The notes under the pieces: model-generated
Database searches by the model: none
What the model saw: only the letters and a program-made list of their open reading frames with translations
Told to the model about the DNA's origin: nothing
Position numbers and translations under genes: made by a program
Origin: Bacteroidia bacterium
Lineage (GTDB): Bacteria; Bacteroidota; Bacteroidia; M30B66
Assembly: GCA_019695235.1 (NCBI GenBank)
Contig: JAIBAI010000008.1
Coordinates: 2,607 to 66,606 of the forward strand
Direction of reading: 5' to 3'
DNA length: 64,000 nt
In this document: positions 1 through 9,320 of the stretch, piece after piece
How positions within the stretch are numbered: position 1 is the stretch's first letter
Layout: every line of letters begins with the position of its first letter

Positions 1-618
1 CTTATCTGTGTTATCGTTTCGGGTGGCTGCCAGTAAGGCGCCCTGTACAGAGGCCGAAACCCAATAGGGAATATTGGCAAAATTAATGGCCCGGTTGGCA
101 CTGAAATAGTCGCTCCAGTCGCCGGGAGTGGTGGTTTTACTAATCCAGTATGCATAGCTCTTGCGGCCAACCAGGGTGGCCATGAGCAAAGGAGCCTGTT
201 CTTTTAGGCTCAGGCGTGAATTGGTTATGTTATCTTCCACATCCGAAAGATAACTGTCAATAGCATTTACGGGAACATTTGATAAACCGTTCAGCATGAT
301 CTCGACAAATATCTGCTGTCGGTTGTTAAACACACTGGCTTTGGACGTTTTGTTTCCAAGCCAGCCTGCAGAGCGGATCAACTGGTTGCCAAAGCCATTC
401 AGCGCCTTGTATATCACCGCTTTCAACTCATTTTCCACGGTTGATGCCGATGCAGGGTAGGGATAGTACAGGGGCTGCACGTAATCGTACACCGCCTGTA
501 CAACATCATCTACCGTCGGGTCGGCAGCAACAACCGCATCCAGTCCCGCAGTAAACTGGGTGCCGATTAACGGGTACGGGTTGATGCGTATGACAGGGTA
601 TTCGATCAAAGAAGGCAT
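1..618 (-). CDS. N-terminal part (about 205 aa) of a paralog of the 1035..2045 protein; the gene runs off the window start
   Basis: Reverse-strand ORF starting at the ATG at 618 (MPSLIEYPVIRINPYPLIGTQ...). About 95% nucleotide identity to 1430..2045, with roughly 10 aa substitutions. The C-terminus, including any Cys tail, lies outside the window. Confidence 0.5.
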   Translation of the reverse strand, partial: MPSLIEYPVIRINPYPLIGTQFTAGLDAVVAADPTVDDVVQAVYDYVQPLYYPYPASASTVENELKAVIYKALNGFGNQLIRSAGWLGNKTSKASVFNNRQQIFVEIMLNGLSNVPVNAIDSYLSDVEDNITNSRLSLKEQAPLLMATLVGRKSYAYWISKTTTPGDWSDYFSANRAINFANIPYWVSASVQGALLAATRNDNTDK

Positions 619-700
619 ATTTTATAAAGAGCAAAAACTATACAAATGGACAACACCGATTATCAATAATTTATTCTTATTTGTCCATACTTTAAGAGAG
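1..700. repeat. Copy A of a tandem duplication covering the gene 5' region plus about 80 bp of upstream sequence
   Basis: 1..700 aligns almost base-for-base with 1415..2120. The upstream stretch is conserved (catattttataaagagcaaaaactatacaaatggacaacaccgattatcaataatttattcttatttgtccatacttt). Confidence 0.8.
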
Positions 701-704
701 GGGT

Positions 705-1022
705 TCACCCGCCCATAAACCACCAAAATAAACGAATGAGAGCAGACATCCCAAAAACAAGGACCATAAAAGCGTATAGTTTTTCGTTAAACAAAGATGC
801 TCTTTTAATTTTTGGAGCAAGAACCGGTATAGAAAGCAGGCACAGGGTCAGCAACAATATGTTCATTCCCTGAGGAGAAATCAGGTTAAGGTAGGATATT
901 CTAAACATATCCATTCGATCTTCAAATGTTTCTGTATTTTTTGTTATTATGTAACCTAAAATAAAATCATAAATATTCAGGAGAAATACTATAAATGTAA
1001 ATCGAATCAAATTAGCCCTCAT
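705..1022 (-). CDS. Small hydrophobic protein (105 aa, about 3 TM helices), possibly an immunity or accessory membrane protein
   Basis: ATG at 1022, 12 nt downstream of the stop of the 1035..2045 gene on the same strand. Three hydrophobic segments (FTFIVFLLNIYDFILGYII, ILLLTLCLLSIPVLA, YAFMVLVFGMSALIRLFWWF). Confidence 0.45.
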   Translation of the reverse strand: MRANLIRFTFIVFLLNIYDFILGYIITKNTETFEDRMDMFRISYLNLISPQGMNILLLTLCLLSIPVLAPKIKRASLFNEKLYAFMVLVFGMSALIRLFWWFMGG

Positions 1023-1034
1023 CTTTTTTATATG

Positions 1035-2045
1035 TTAACCGGGTTGGCAGAATGGCCCCCCGCAAAGAATATAATGACCACAGTTAAAACATGCAGCATC
1101 ATGGTACCAGCATACCTCATGCCACAGATAACAACAACCCTTATAATTACCGCAACACCCCCAGTCCTTACCTAAGCCTAATTTGCATGTTGCTGTCGGT
1201 TTTGGTTTTGGTTTCCATCTTCCGGAATCTTCTCCACCATTCCCGGTTTCTTCAACTTGGTTTATCCTATTGCCTCCGAAAATTTCATTTAGCCGTTCTG
1301 TTTCCAACTTTGCTAGTTCAAAATGAATTTTAGGTCTTCTGGATATGTAATTCAACATCACCCTACTGGCAGCAACTGCCAAACTGGAGGCCAGGGCATG
1401 CGCCGGATCAATGCTTACATTTTGGGGCTTATCTGCATTATCGTTTCGGGTGGCTGCAAGTAAGGCGCCCTGTACAGAGGCCGAAACCCAATAGGGAATA
1501 TTGGCAAAATTAATGGCCCGGTTCGCATTGAAATAGCCGCTCCAGTCGCCGGGAGTGGTCGTTTTACTAATCCAGTATGCATAGCTCTTGCGGCCAACCA
1601 GGGTGGCCATGAGTAAAGGAGCCTGCTCTTTTAGGCTCAGGCGTGAATTGGTTATGTTATCTTCCACATCCGAAAGATAACTGTCAATAGCATTTACGGG
1701 AACATTTGATAAACCGTTAAGCATGATTTCGACAAATACCTGCTGTCGGTTGTTAAACACATTGGCTTTGGACGTTTTGTTTCCAGGCCAGCCTGCAGAG
1801 CGGATCATCTGGTTGCCAAAGCCATTCAGCGCCTTGTATATCACCGCTTTCAACTCATTTTCCACGGCTGATGCCGATGCCGGGTAGGGATAGTACAGGG
1901 GCTGCACGTAATCGTACACCGCCTGTACAACATCATCTACCGTCGAATCAGCAGCAACAACCGCATCCAGTCCTGCGGTAAACTGGGTACCGATTAACGG
2001 GTACGGGTTGATGCGTATGACAGGGTATTCGATCAAATAAGCCAT
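1035..2045 (-). CDS. 336-aa protein with no signal peptide: about 257-aa N-domain ending in a double-glycine leader-like motif (LAKLETERLNEIFGG), then a Gly/Pro/Lys linker and a 10-Cys C-terminal tail
   Basis: Complete ORF. Motif L(-12)/E(-9)/L(-7)/I(-4)/GG(-2,-1) at aa 246-258; second GG at aa 270-271. Ten Cys in the last 50 aa (CKLGLGKDWGCCGNYKGCCYLWHEVCWYHDAACFNCGHYILCGGPFC). A tandem paralog lies upstream. Confidence 0.6.
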   Translation of the reverse strand: MAYLIEYPVIRINPYPLIGTQFTAGLDAVVAADSTVDDVVQAVYDYVQPLYYPYPASASAVENELKAVIYKALNGFGNQMIRSAGWPGNKTSKANVFNNRQQVFVEIMLNGLSNVPVNAIDSYLSDVEDNITNSRLSLKEQAPLLMATLVGRKSYAYWISKTTTPGDWSGYFNANRAINFANIPYWVSASVQGALLAATRNDNADKPQNVSIDPAHALASSLAVAASRVMLNYISRRPKIHFELAKLETERLNEIFGGNRINQVEETGNGGEDSGRWKPKPKPTATCKLGLGKDWGCCGNYKGCCYLWHEVCWYHDAACFNCGHYILCGGPFCQPG

Positions 2046-2120
2046 ATTTTATAAAGAGCAAAAACTATACAAATGGACAACACCGATTATCAATAATTTA
2101 TTCTTATTTGTCCATACTTT
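1415..2120. repeat. Copy B of the tandem duplication, period about 1414 bp
   Basis: Direct comparison with 1..700. Confidence 0.8.
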
Positions 2121-2355
2121 AAGAAAAGGGTGGAGGGTGTAGAATAACAGAAATCAAAGTTAATAAGTTAAGCTATAAAACCAAAATGATTAAATTTAAC
2201 ATTGATGGTAGAATAAATAAAGAAGTATGACAAGGGGTTTGACTTAAAAAAGAATTCAGCATTTTGGGTAATCAACAACCCGAAAAGCATATCTCAAAGA
2301 GCAGGTACACAAAACTGTTAAAAGGCGACCCTTCCCGGGTTGTCTTTTATTCTTC

Positions 2356-3195
2356 TTACCCTAATTCCTCTAATGAAAATGTTTCTTTCACCCGGATGCC
2401 TTTTTCAGTCATCTGCAATGTGGCGCAGGCATTGTTCTTGTCATGCTCGAAGAAAAGGACATAATTATCCTCTACACAACGATTAAGGATACGTTCTTTT
2501 TCCTGCAGGGTTTCCAGTGGGCGCATGTCATAAGCCATCACCCAGGGAAGCGGCAGATGTGCTGTTGAGGGGCACAGGTCGGCCATATAAAGTATTTTCC
2601 GGCCATTGTAAGTAATCAGCGGAAGCATCATCGCTTCTGTATGGCCAAAAACATATTCAATCTGAAAGCCAAGCGGGGTATCGTTTTCTTTGATAAATTC
2701 AAGCTGTCCGGATTCTTGTATAGGCAGTATGTTTTCTTTCAGAAACGAGGCCTTTTCGCGGGCATTGGGGTGTATTGCCCAGTTCCAGTGTTTTTCGTTG
2801 CTCCAGTACCTGGCGTTTTTAAATGCAGGGCGATAGCCTTCACGCATTTTATCCCATTCGATAGCACCACCGCAATGGTCAAAATGCAGATGGGTTAAAA
2901 ACACATCTGTAATATCTTCACGGTGAAAGCCAGCTTTCTGAAGTGAAGCATCGAGGTTGTCATCACCATGCAGGTAGTAATGGGAGAAGAATTTCTCTGA
3001 TTGTTTGTTTCCCATACCGGTATCAATCAGCATTAAGCGTTCCTGGTCTTCAATGAGCAAACAACGCATCGCCCATGAGCACATATTGTTTTCATCAGCC
3101 GGATAAAGTGGATGCCACAAAGATTTGGGAACAACGCCAAACATAGCGCCGCCGTCGAGTTTAAACCTTCCGGTTTCGATGGTATACAGTTTCAT
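2356..3195 (-). CDS. MBL-fold metallo-hydrolase
   Basis: HLHFDHCGG (HxHxDH) metallo-beta-lactamase signature. Probable start MKLYTIETG at 3195. Confidence 0.85.
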   Translation of the reverse strand: MKLYTIETGRFKLDGGAMFGVVPKSLWHPLYPADENNMCSWAMRCLLIEDQERLMLIDTGMGNKQSEKFFSHYYLHGDDNLDASLQKAGFHREDITDVFLTHLHFDHCGGAIEWDKMREGYRPAFKNARYWSNEKHWNWAIHPNAREKASFLKENILPIQESGQLEFIKENDTPLGFQIEYVFGHTEAMMLPLITYNGRKILYMADLCPSTAHLPLPWVMAYDMRPLETLQEKERILNRCVEDNYVLFFEHDKNNACATLQMTEKGIRVKETFSLEELG

Positions 3196-3302
3196 GATTG
3201 TTTGAATTAGCCTTACACAGCAACATTGCCATGTTGACAAATATAAACCCAACACTTTATCCGGCAGGCAGCAACATTTATTTTTACCCTAAATTATTTG
3301 CG

Positions 3303-4667
3303 ATGAATATTCACCTTATTGCCATCGGCGGCAGTGCTATGCACAACCTGGCGATTGCCATGCACCAAAAAGGATATATTGTAACTGGCTCGGATGATGA
3401 AATTGTTGAACCTTCCAGAACACGATTGCAAGGCCTTGGGCTGCTTCCTGCGCAGGATGGATGGTTTCCGGAAAAAATTCATCCGGCATTAGATGCGGTT
3501 ATTTTAGGGATGCATGCCCGTGCCGACAACCCGGAGCTTGCAAGGGCTAAGGAACTGGGTATTCCGGTGTATTCTTATCCGGGTTATATTTTTGAACAAA
3601 GTCGTAATAAAACCCGGATTGTAATAGGCGGGAGCCACGGTAAAACATCTATCACCGCCATGATACTTCATGTGATGCACCAATGCGGCAAAGACTGTGA
3701 TTACCTTGTGGGGGCGCAGTTAAAAGGTTTTAACACCATGGTTCGGCTTACGGATGCGCCTGTGATTCTGCTTGAGGGAGATGAATACCTAAGTTCAGCG
3801 CTTGAACCAATCCCGAAATTTCATCTGTATCATCCTCATATTGCTCTTCTGAGTGGTGTTGCCTGGGATCACATCAATGTATTTCCAACTTTTGATAACT
3901 ACCTTGAACAATTCCGTATCTTTATTGACAAGATAGCATCCGGGGGTAGTCTGATCTATTACGAAGGCGATGAACACTTAGTGAATCTGGCTAAAAATGC
4001 ACCATCCGGCATAGAACTTTTGCCATACAAAGAACATCCGGCAAAGATTGAAAATGGGCGCACCTTTCTCATAAAGCCAGATGGCACTACGGCTCAGATT
4101 CGTGTTTTCGGCAAACATAACCTTCAGAATATCAATGGTGCACTGCATGTGTGTGTTGCTTCAGGAATATCGGAAGCTGAATTTTACGAGCATATTCAAA
4201 GCTTTACCGGTGCTGCGCGCCGACTTGAGGTAATATTCGAAAAAGATGATTTTACCCTTTTCAAAGACTTTGCCCATTCGCCTTCAAAGTTAAAAGCAAC
4301 GACAGAAGCTGTACGCGAACAATTTCCGGGCAGGAAGCTCATTGCCTGCATGGAATTGCACACTTTTAGCAGTTTAAATGAGCAGTTTCTTGAGGAGTAC
4401 CAAGGTGCAATGAACATGGCTGATGAGGCCTTCGTTTATTTCAACCCTCATACTGTGGAACATAAGAAGCTGAAACCTATCAGTAAAGAACAGGTGTCTG
4501 CTGCTTTTGGCCGAAGTGACTTACGTGTATTCAACCATTCAGGCCTTATGCTTGATGCGTTGAAGCAGCAATCGTGGAATAATGCCAATTTACTGATGAT
4601 GAGCTCAGGTAATTTCGATGGCATTCAAATTGAGGACTTGCCCCAATTACTCCATCTCACCCAATAG
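3303..4667 (+). CDS. mpl: UDP-N-acetylmuramate:L-alanyl-gamma-D-glutamyl-meso-diaminopimelate ligase (Mur ligase family)
   Basis: Mur ligase N-terminus MNIHLIAIGGSAMHNLA plus P-loop GGSHGKTSITAM. ATG at 3303 is preferred over the upstream ORF start. Confidence 0.8.
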   Translation: MNIHLIAIGGSAMHNLAIAMHQKGYIVTGSDDEIVEPSRTRLQGLGLLPAQDGWFPEKIHPALDAVILGMHARADNPELARAKELGIPVYSYPGYIFEQSRNKTRIVIGGSHGKTSITAMILHVMHQCGKDCDYLVGAQLKGFNTMVRLTDAPVILLEGDEYLSSALEPIPKFHLYHPHIALLSGVAWDHINVFPTFDNYLEQFRIFIDKIASGGSLIYYEGDEHLVNLAKNAPSGIELLPYKEHPAKIENGRTFLIKPDGTTAQIRVFGKHNLQNINGALHVCVASGISEAEFYEHIQSFTGAARRLEVIFEKDDFTLFKDFAHSPSKLKATTEAVREQFPGRKLIACMELHTFSSLNEQFLEEYQGAMNMADEAFVYFNPHTVEHKKLKPISKEQVSAAFGRSDLRVFNHSGLMLDALKQQSWNNANLLMMSSGNFDGIQIEDLPQLLHLTQ

Positions 4668-4676
4668 GCTACAAGG

Positions 4677-6308
4677 TTGTTGACCCCGGCAAAGCCACAA
4701 CTGTTTCAATATAAGCAACTTACACAGTTGGTTCTTTGTGTAGCGTTTCTGCTTTATGGCCTGTGGTCGGTGCCACTTGCCTGGTTTGAGCACGACTGGA
4801 ATATGATTCCTGGCGATTGGGGAGACGTTCGTTTTAACAATTACCTTCTGGAGCACGGATACCGGTGTCTGCGTGGCTTAGAAGATAGTTTTTGGGATGC
4901 TCCGTTCATGTATCCTTTTGCGAACGTGATTGCATTTTCAGACAATTTATTAGGCACCATGCCATTCTATGCGGCATTTCGTTTTGCAGGCTTAGACCGG
5001 GAAACAAGTTTGCAATGCTGGATTCTGGTGCTATTTATACTGAATTACCTCAGTGCCTATTGGGTTTTACAGCGTTGGTTTGGCAATTTGGCACTTTCTA
5101 TCGCAGGGGCATGGGTGTTTGCATTTGGAATCATTCTGACCGGGCATGTAAACCACCTCCAGGTGTTTCCCAGATTTATGGTTCCTTTGGTAATGTATGG
5201 TACCTGGCAGTTTTTTAAAAACGGGAAGGTTCAGATGTTTGCCTTGTTGTCAATTGGCCTGCTATACCAGTTCTATTGTGCTGTTTATCTGGGGTTTATA
5301 TTGTTTTTCTGTCAGCTTTGCCTGCTTTTTGCCTATAAAATTGTCTTTGGGCGGCCTGATGGTTTTCGCAAGCTTCGACCATTGTTCTTTTGGGGGGCAT
5401 TGTCGGTTATCCTGATGTTACCATTGATGCTGCCATACATGGAAATATCAGCTATTACAGGTATGCGGACTTTTGAATCGCTGCAATCAACCATCCCCCG
5501 GCCGGTTTCCTATTTCTTTTCCCATCCGGCAGCAACAACCTGGAAAGGCATTTTGTCGGATCACAGTCAGTTTGCCTTTGACGATTGGTGGTTTCATTTT
5601 CAATTCACCGGGGCTTTGCCCTGGCTGGGGCTTTTGGCATGTGTTGTTTTTCTTTTCCGGTACAAAAAGGAGGTATTTGCGAAAGAAGCTACTGCCTTGT
5701 TGCTGGCACTGATATTTAGTCTGGCATTCACTACCCAATTTGGCAATTTCTCACTGTATCACTTGATTCATGCCATACCGGGTTTTTCATCCATGCGTTC
5801 AATTGATCGTTTTATGGTTGTGATTGTGTTTTCATTTGTATTGGTGATGGTAGCAGGGTTTGTGCAGGTTTTTTCGCAAATAAAGTACGGGAAGTACCTT
5901 GTTTTTCTGATACCGCTTGCTGTGGTAGTTGACAATAGAATAGAGCCCTGGGAACTGAAAAGGATTTACAAACAGGAGGCCCGGGATGAACGCAATGCCG
6001 TGAAGGAAGTGCTTGAGAACAATTATGATGGTCATTCAAAAGCCGTGGCTTATATGGTGACCAATGTTAATATGGATTTACCAAGTTATCACGATAAGCT
6101 TATACGTGATCATTTAAGTATCATGACAGCAGCTCAGGATTTGGGTATCAAGGTGGTGAATGCTTATTCCGGCCATTACCCACCGGGATATATGGATTTT
6201 TTTGATTACCGCGATGAAGCAACACTTCACGCCTGGTTACAGGCTAATCAAATAAATGACGCGGACGTCCAGCGAATTTATGCGCCCGTAGGCACAATCA
6301 ATCAGTAA
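4677..6308 (+). CDS. Polytopic membrane protein of about 12 or more TM helices, possibly a PMT/ArnT-like glycosyltransferase
   Basis: Many hydrophobic helices throughout. No specific catalytic motif recognised. Confidence 0.45.
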   Translation: MLTPAKPQLFQYKQLTQLVLCVAFLLYGLWSVPLAWFEHDWNMIPGDWGDVRFNNYLLEHGYRCLRGLEDSFWDAPFMYPFANVIAFSDNLLGTMPFYAAFRFAGLDRETSLQCWILVLFILNYLSAYWVLQRWFGNLALSIAGAWVFAFGIILTGHVNHLQVFPRFMVPLVMYGTWQFFKNGKVQMFALLSIGLLYQFYCAVYLGFILFFCQLCLLFAYKIVFGRPDGFRKLRPLFFWGALSVILMLPLMLPYMEISAITGMRTFESLQSTIPRPVSYFFSHPAATTWKGILSDHSQFAFDDWWFHFQFTGALPWLGLLACVVFLFRYKKEVFAKEATALLLALIFSLAFTTQFGNFSLYHLIHAIPGFSSMRSIDRFMVVIVFSFVLVMVAGFVQVFSQIKYGKYLVFLIPLAVVVDNRIEPWELKRIYKQEARDERNAVKEVLENNYDGHSKAVAYMVTNVNMDLPSYHDKLIRDHLSIMTAAQDLGIKVVNAYSGHYPPGYMDFFDYRDEATLHAWLQANQINDADVQRIYAPVGTINQ

Positions 6309-6343
6309 GTTACCTGAGAGGGCGGCAGGCTGTTGCTATCAAG

Positions 6344-6856
6344 TTATACCTTGCGGGAGAGCGGATATTTCTTTAGCATCAGTCGGCCAATAACCAAAGC
6401 ATAAACAAAGCCAATTAAAGCCAAACCAATGAAGGTAAATAAGATCCAGGCTGTTGTAAAAGGGAAAGTTTGTGTTGACTGTATCCAGGCTTCGATATCT
6501 GCCGGATTCGAGCCGTTTGTTTTTAAATCTTCGATACGGTTGGCAACAAACCTTGCTTTAAAATCAACATCAAGGTAGTTGAGATACACATACAGAAACA
6601 GGGTATAAATGAGGGATGCCAACAAGGCAATCGAAATGGCAGGTTTAAACGCATCTAAAAAGCCCATTCCATTAGGATGCGACAGTTTCCTGCGCTCCTC
6701 TACACCCCGGTACATTCCAATCAGCATAAAGCCCAATACCGGCAATAAGGGGTACTTGCCCAGCAAGCCCTCTGCCTGCCCGCTGAGGAGCAGGCCTGTT
6801 TTCCAAATCACAGAGAGCCCCAGAATGAGGAGGCTGTACTTTGTTTCCGGCTTCAT
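6344..6856 (-). CDS. Small 4-TM membrane protein (DUF4199-like)
   Basis: 170 aa with four hydrophobic segments. Its start overlaps the rho stop (ATGA). Confidence 0.4.
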   Translation of the reverse strand: MKPETKYSLLILGLSVIWKTGLLLSGQAEGLLGKYPLLPVLGFMLIGMYRGVEERRKLSHPNGMGFLDAFKPAISIALLASLIYTLFLYVYLNYLDVDFKARFVANRIEDLKTNGSNPADIEAWIQSTQTFPFTTAWILFTFIGLALIGFVYALVIGRLMLKKYPLSRKV

Positions 6857-8673
6857 CAGGAGTTCATCGAGATGAGAAACTCTTCATTGCTTCTGGTGCC
6901 CTGCATCTGTTTGCTAATGAATTCCATAGCTTCAACAGTATTCATGTCGCTCAGGTGGTTTCTAAGAATCCACATTCTTTGCATGGTTTCTTTGTCAACC
7001 AGCAAGTCGTCTCTTCTGGTACCTGACGACATGAGGTCAATCGCCGGGAACACCCGTTTGTTGGCCAACTTACGGTCGAGCTGTAATTCCATGTTACCGG
7101 TTCCTTTGAACTCTTCGAAGATTACTTCATCCATTTTCGAGCCGGTATCAATCAATGCTGTAGCAAGGATGGTCAGAGAGCCGCCTTTTTCAATTTTCCG
7201 TGCTGCTCCGAAGAAGCGTTTGGGTTTGTGAAGGGCATTTGCATCTACCCCGCCGGAGAGTACTTTTCCGGAGGCAGGTTGCACCGTATTGTATGCTCTG
7301 GCAAGGCGGGTAATTGAATCTAACAGGATGACTACATCATGGCCGCACTCTACCAGTCGTTTTGATTTTTCTAATACGATATTGGCAATTTTCACGTGGC
7401 GGTCGGCAGGTTCATCAAAAGTAGATGCAATCACCTCGGCTCTAACGCTTCGTGCCATATCGGTTACCTCTTCCGGCCGCTCATCAACCAATAAAATAAT
7501 CAGGTACACTTCCGGATGGTTGTCTGCGATGGCGTTTGCCACCTCTTTGAGTAAAACGGTTTTTCCGGTTTTTGGCTGCGCTACAATCAGGCCCCGCTGG
7601 CCTTTACCGATGGGGGCGAACAAATCAAGGACGCGGGTAGAAAGTGTTCCGTGTCGGTGGTTGGCGAGTTTTAATTTCTCATCAGGGAACATTGGTGTGA
7701 GGAAATCAAAAGGCACCCGATCACGTACAAACGATGGGTCGCGTCCGTTAATTTTCTCAATTTTCACCAGCGGGAAGTATTTCTCACCCTCTTTGGGTGG
7801 TCTTACAAATCCGTTGACGGTATCGCCTGTTTTCAGTCCGTGGAGTTTGATTTGCCCGGCAGCCACATACACATCATCTGGTGAGGCAAGGTAATTATAG
7901 TCGGATGAGCGCATAAACCCATAGCCTTCGGGCATGATTTCCATGACACCTTCAGCCTGCACCAACAGGTCAGGAACTGGTATTTCGGGCTGGTTCGGCT
8001 GGTTTTGTTGATTCTGTTGGCTTTGTTGTGGATTTCTTGGCAGGTTCTGGCGATTACCCGGAGGAATATTTTGCCAGTTGTTACGTTGCTCGTGTTGTCT
8101 TTGTTGTTGCTGTTGAACCTGTGGAGCAGGGGCCGGGTTGGGGCCGGGTGCACTTACTGCACCTTCTACTGCCTGGGGTGGCTGGTAGTCGGCCAGGTTA
8201 TCGCCTCGTTTGTCAAAGGTCACCCTGTTAGTTCTCTCTTCGCCCGAACGGTGTTTTGGATGTGGTTTCCTGAAGGGAGCTGGCGGCTCTTTTAGTTCTC
8301 TTGCCGGTTCTTTGCTTAGGGGTGCAGTCTGAGCAGGTTTCTCTGTCTTTTCCGGCATGGGTCGTCTGGGCTTGCGCTCCACACGGGGCTGGGCTTTTTC
8401 AGGACTTGTCTGCACCAAAGGCTTGACCTCAGCTTCTAAAGCGGGGGCGGGTGGTGCTGGTTCTTCGCCTGTTACTTTTACCGGCGTTGGTGCTGGTGTA
8501 CTGCTTCGCTTTAATTTTGAAGCCATTTCCGGTTTTACGGCCTGTTCATCGAGGATTTTGTAAACCAGTTCGCTTTTTTTCAGTGATTCCGATTTAGGAA
8601 TCTCAAGTTGCTTGGCAATGTCGCGTAATTCACCAACGAGCTTTGCATTCAACTCTGTAATATCATACATCAT
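6856..8673 (-). CDS. rho: Transcription termination factor Rho with a large Q/N/P-rich N-terminal insertion
   Basis: Rho N-terminus [24 protein letters not shown]. Walker [26 protein letters not shown]. About 190-aa low-complexity insert ([18 protein letters not shown]...[14 protein letters not shown]). Confidence 0.95.
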   Translation of the reverse strand: MMYDITELNAKLVGELRDIAKQLEIPKSESLKKSELVYKILDEQAVKPEMASKLKRSSTPAPTPVKVTGEEPAPPAPALEAEVKPLVQTSPEKAQPRVERKPRRPMPEKTEKPAQTAPLSKEPARELKEPPAPFRKPHPKHRSGEERTNRVTFDKRGDNLADYQPPQAVEGAVSAPGPNPAPAPQVQQQQQRQHEQRNNWQNIPPGNRQNLPRNPQQSQQNQQNQPNQPEIPVPDLLVQAEGVMEIMPEGYGFMRSSDYNYLASPDDVYVAAGQIKLHGLKTGDTVNGFVRPPKEGEKYFPLVKIEKINGRDPSFVRDRVPFDFLTPMFPDEKLKLANHRHGTLSTRVLDLFAPIGKGQRGLIVAQPKTGKTVLLKEVANAIADNHPEVYLIILLVDERPEEVTDMARSVRAEVIASTFDEPADRHVKIANIVLEKSKRLVECGHDVVILLDSITRLARAYNTVQPASGKVLSGGVDANALHKPKRFFGAARKIEKGGSLTILATALIDTGSKMDEVIFEEFKGTGNMELQLDRKLANKRVFPAIDLMSSGTRRDDLLVDKETMQRMWILRNHLSDMNTVEAMEFISKQMQGTRSNEEFLISMNS

Positions 8674-8861
8674 TTAAGGTGTTTCAATAAATTTTATCTA
8701 CTGGGAATAGTCCTGATTTGAGGAGCAGTAAGGTACCCGGGGAAATCCGACTAAAGGAAAGTAATTCTTTGGAAGTAAAGAGAACTGCTGCAATAATACA
8801 ACAAAAACGACGATGTCAATAGGCTTTAACATTTTTTTAACCGATATCGGTTCTGGTTGCC

Positions 8862-8869
8862 TATTTTTG
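8862..8869 (+). promoter_or_regulatory. Candidate Bacteroidetes -7 promoter element TAttTTTG
   Basis: TATTTTTG matches the TAnnTTTG consensus and sits 18 nt upstream of the ATG at 8887. Confidence 0.3.
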
Positions 8870-8886
8870 CCTCCCTTTCTTATACT

Positions 8887-9312
8887 ATGGTTCAACGAAT
8901 TCAAAGTATCTGGCTTTTGCTTTCCGCGCTATGTGCGGGTTTAGTGTTTTTGGTGCCTATGGGGCAAAGTCCTGATGGATTAAGCCTTTATGTATATGGA
9001 TGGCTCAGCAAGGGTACCACAACAAACCAAACAGATGCGTTATGGTTGCTTTCTCTTGCCTGTACCTTACTCCCACTGCCGATAATCTTTCAGTTTAGAA
9101 AGAGGGCACGTCAAAAAAGGATGGTACTTGTTCTGGGCGTGCTGAATATTGTACTTGCCGCACTTTTGTATTTTGAGGTATCGCTTGTAGCTCAGGCGAC
9201 CATTTCAATGGGCATATTGCTGATACCTTCCTCGGTTATTTTTTTGGTACTGGCATATTTAGCAATAAGTAAAGACGAGAAACTAATTCGTTCAGCCGAC
9301 CGGCTCCGGTAA
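8887..9312 (+). CDS. Small membrane protein (hypothetical, 4 TM)
   Basis: Hydrophobic ORF. ATG at 8887 is preferred over the TTG at 8857. Confidence 0.45.
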   Translation: MVQRIQSIWLLLSALCAGLVFLVPMGQSPDGLSLYVYGWLSKGTTTNQTDALWLLSLACTLLPLPIIFQFRKRARQKRMVLVLGVLNIVLAALLYFEVSLVAQATISMGILLIPSSVIFLVLAYLAISKDEKLIRSADRLR

Positions 9313-9320
9313 AACCTTTT

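Noticed and set aside
1091-1597. ORFs 1091..1333 (+) and 1415..1597 (-) overlapping the Cys-tail gene
   Set aside because: Alternative-frame or antisense artefacts of the 1035..2045 gene, which has the coherent, duplicated reading frame.
2264-2898. ORFs 2264..2464 and 2641..2898 on the + strand
   Set aside because: They overlap the MBL hydrolase gene in antisense or its 3' flank and lack any domain signature.
6872-8563. Several 60-200-aa ORFs antisense to rho (6872..7231, 7289..7894, 8005..8295, 8028..8231, 8357..8563)
   Set aside because: Shadow ORFs inside a highly conserved gene on the opposite strand. Low-complexity translations; no start or RBS context.
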